Source: Felis catus
Taxonomy: Eukaryota
Reading direction: 5' to 3'
Assembly (NCBI RefSeq): GCF_018350175.1
Contig: NC_058368.1
Coordinates: 22,260,001 to 22,324,000 of the forward strand
Length of the DNA stretch: 64,000 bases
How positions within the stretch are numbered: the stretch's first letter is position 1; every line of letters begins with the position of its first letter. Shown here piece by piece: positions 62,050-64,000 of this stretch. The position numbers and the translations under genes were made by a program. The notes under the pieces are model-generated. The model was not told the origin of the DNA. It did not search any database and saw nothing but the letters and a program-made list of their open reading frames with translations.

Positions 62050-63050
62050 ACCTTGTTCCCCAACCATACAGTTTGTCTCCCAAAGCAACCATTCTTTGCT
62101 TCTTGTAAAGCTTTTCAGAGATATTCTATGCATGTAAAAGCAATTATATGTATATTCTTTTAAAAATACAAATGATAATATACTATACACACTGTTCTGC
62201 ACCTAATGATAGAGCTTGGAGATCTTTCCAAATGGTACATGTAGGGCTGCTTCACTTAATAGCTGCACAGTATTTCACTGTTACAATGTATCATAATTTA
62301 TTTAACTACTCCCCTATTGATAGACATTCAAGTTATTTTCAACCTTTTACTATTACAAACAATGCTGCAATGAACATCTCTGTACAAACATCATTTCATA
62401 AATGTGTAAGTGTATCTGTAGGATAAATTATTAGAAGTGGAATTGCTTCAGAGAAATTTACATTTTTTGACATTACCAGATATCAGTTTATACTAATGTA
62501 TTTCTCATTAACACACCCTTCCCAGTAGTTACCACACTTTTTGATATTTGCCAATCTGAAAGGTGAAGACAGCATCTCGATATAGTTTATTGTGCATTTT
62601 CTTTTTTTTTTTTTTTTTTAAATTTTTTTTTCAACGTTTTTCATTTATTTTTGGGACAGAGAGAGACAGAGCATGAACGGGGGAGGGGCAGAGAGAGAGG
62701 GAGACACAGAATCGGAAACAGGCTCCAGGCTCTGAGCCATCAGCCCAGAGCCCGACGCGGGGCTCGAACTCCCGGACCGCGAGATCGTGACCTGGCTGAA
62801 GTCGGACGCTTAACCGACTGCGCCACCCAGGCGCCCCTTATTGTGCATTTTCTTATGAGTAAGGTTGAATATCCATATTAAACTTTTAAGAAAGAACTAT
62901 TTATTTTTCCTTTTCTGTGATCGGTCTGCTCCTAGCCTTTGCCTATTTCTCTACTGGATTTTCAAGGGCTCCTTATACATTTAAGAAGTTAGCTCTTTTT
63001 GATAGGCTGCAAATATTTCTATTTCTTTGTCTTTTACCTCTCTTTATGTT
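62050..63050 (-). mobile_element. Old L1M fragment interrupted by a young SINE
   Basis: tcccctattgatagacattc...acaaacaatgctgcaatgaacatc antisense L1 signature. Confidence 0.8.
62604..62837 (-). mobile_element. Young felid CAN-SINE
   Basis: Perfect 17-bp TSD ttattgtgcattttctt at 62587-62603 and 62838-62854; CpGs intact. Confidence 0.96.
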
Positions 63051-63197
63051 GTTTCCCTCCCCTCCCAAGAGGGTGGGTTAGGGTGGCACTGGGGATGAGT
63101 ATCCAAACATTAGAAGTTGAAAGCCGAAGCTTAGAGTTTGCTCAAAGAGAGGGTTTCTGAAATGTGATTCTACAAAATCTGGTTTCATAAGGTACTT

Positions 63198-63495
63198 ATT
63201 TTTTTTTAATTTTTAAAATTTGTTTATTTTTTTAATGTTTGTTTATTTTTGAGAGAAAGCACGAGAACGAGTAGGGGAGGGGTAGCGAAAGAGAGAGAGA
63301 ATCCCAAGCAGGCTCCCCGCCGTCAGCACAGAGCCCAACACAGGCTCAATCCCAGGACCAGTGAGATCATATGACCTGAACCAAAATCAGTCAGATCATA
63401 TGACCTGAACCAAAATTAACTTACTGAGGCATCCAGGTGCCCTTATTTTTTTTCATTTTAGAGAAATAAAGTGCAAGCGGGGGAGGAGGCATTGG

Positions 63496-63556
<61 letters not shown>

Positions 63557-63678
63557 TCTCAAGCAGGCTCCATGCTCAGAGTGGAGTAGGATACAGGGGT
63601 CAATCCCACAATCCCAAGACCATGACCTGAGTCAAAATCAAGTCAGAAGCTCAATTGACTGAGCCACCCAGGCGCCCC
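63198..63678 (-). mobile_element. Two tandem CAN-SINEs within a single TSD
   Basis: TSD cataaggtactt at 63186-63197 and 63679-63690; long (GA)n; internal ~25-bp duplication near 63363-63416. Confidence 0.9.
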
Positions 63679-64000
63679 CATAAGGTACTTCTAAAAAAGG
63701 ATTCTATTGTCAAAAGAGTTTAGAAGATGCTACAAATGACAAACACATCTTGAAAATTGATGATGAATGGCCTGTTAAAGGTGTTCGTAAGGTCTACAGC
63801 AAATCAATTTTATTTTCTTAAACAACTCAAATGTACTGGCTTTTTTTTACCTCCTATAATACTTACTAACAATCTTACAGTACCTGTTATACTGCTCTAA
63901 CCTTGAAGGGAATAGATAGAAGAGACCTGTAGTATGTTTCTTTGTATGTTACCTTATTCATTCTTTTTTACCAATCCCATAAATGTTACAGGTCTCTCAT

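Noticed and set aside
52400..64000. Upstream FNDC3A coding exons of the long isoform (QVILVQVNPGEAFTI...)
   Set aside because: I could not find them in the window; they are presumably beyond the right edge

Overview
Mammalian intronic and exonic DNA, almost certainly from a felid (cat-like): it carries about 40 CAN-SINE/SINEC_Fc copies and a young carnivore L1 3' end. The window lies inside FNDC3A (fibronectin type III domain-containing 3A), which is on the minus strand. I traced 16 internal coding exons (47021 down to 514). All have AG/GT boundaries and compatible phases. A short alternative first exon (ATG AGT G|gtaag at 51447-51441) sits next to a CpG-enriched promoter containing an inverted pair of E-boxes. 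Spliced together these give 2061 nt (687 codons) of open frame that continues beyond the left edge of the window. The rest is intron filled with SINEs, L1/L2/MIR, MaLR LTRs, two Tigger1 elements and hAT relics. The most unusual items are: (1) a fold-back palindrome of degenerate telomeric hexamers fused to the 5' truncation point of an L1, with both apparently inside one target-site duplication (32122-32816); (2) a candidate recursive splice site (33781-33823); (3) a speculative antisense spliced microprotein/lncRNA model running divergently from the internal promoter; (4) a ~118-bp direct duplication flanking an L1; (5) a 32:8 SINE strand bias. There is no evidence of prokaryotic systems, CRISPR arrays or true RNA genes. 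Repeat subfamily names come from pattern recognition, and their boundaries are approximate.
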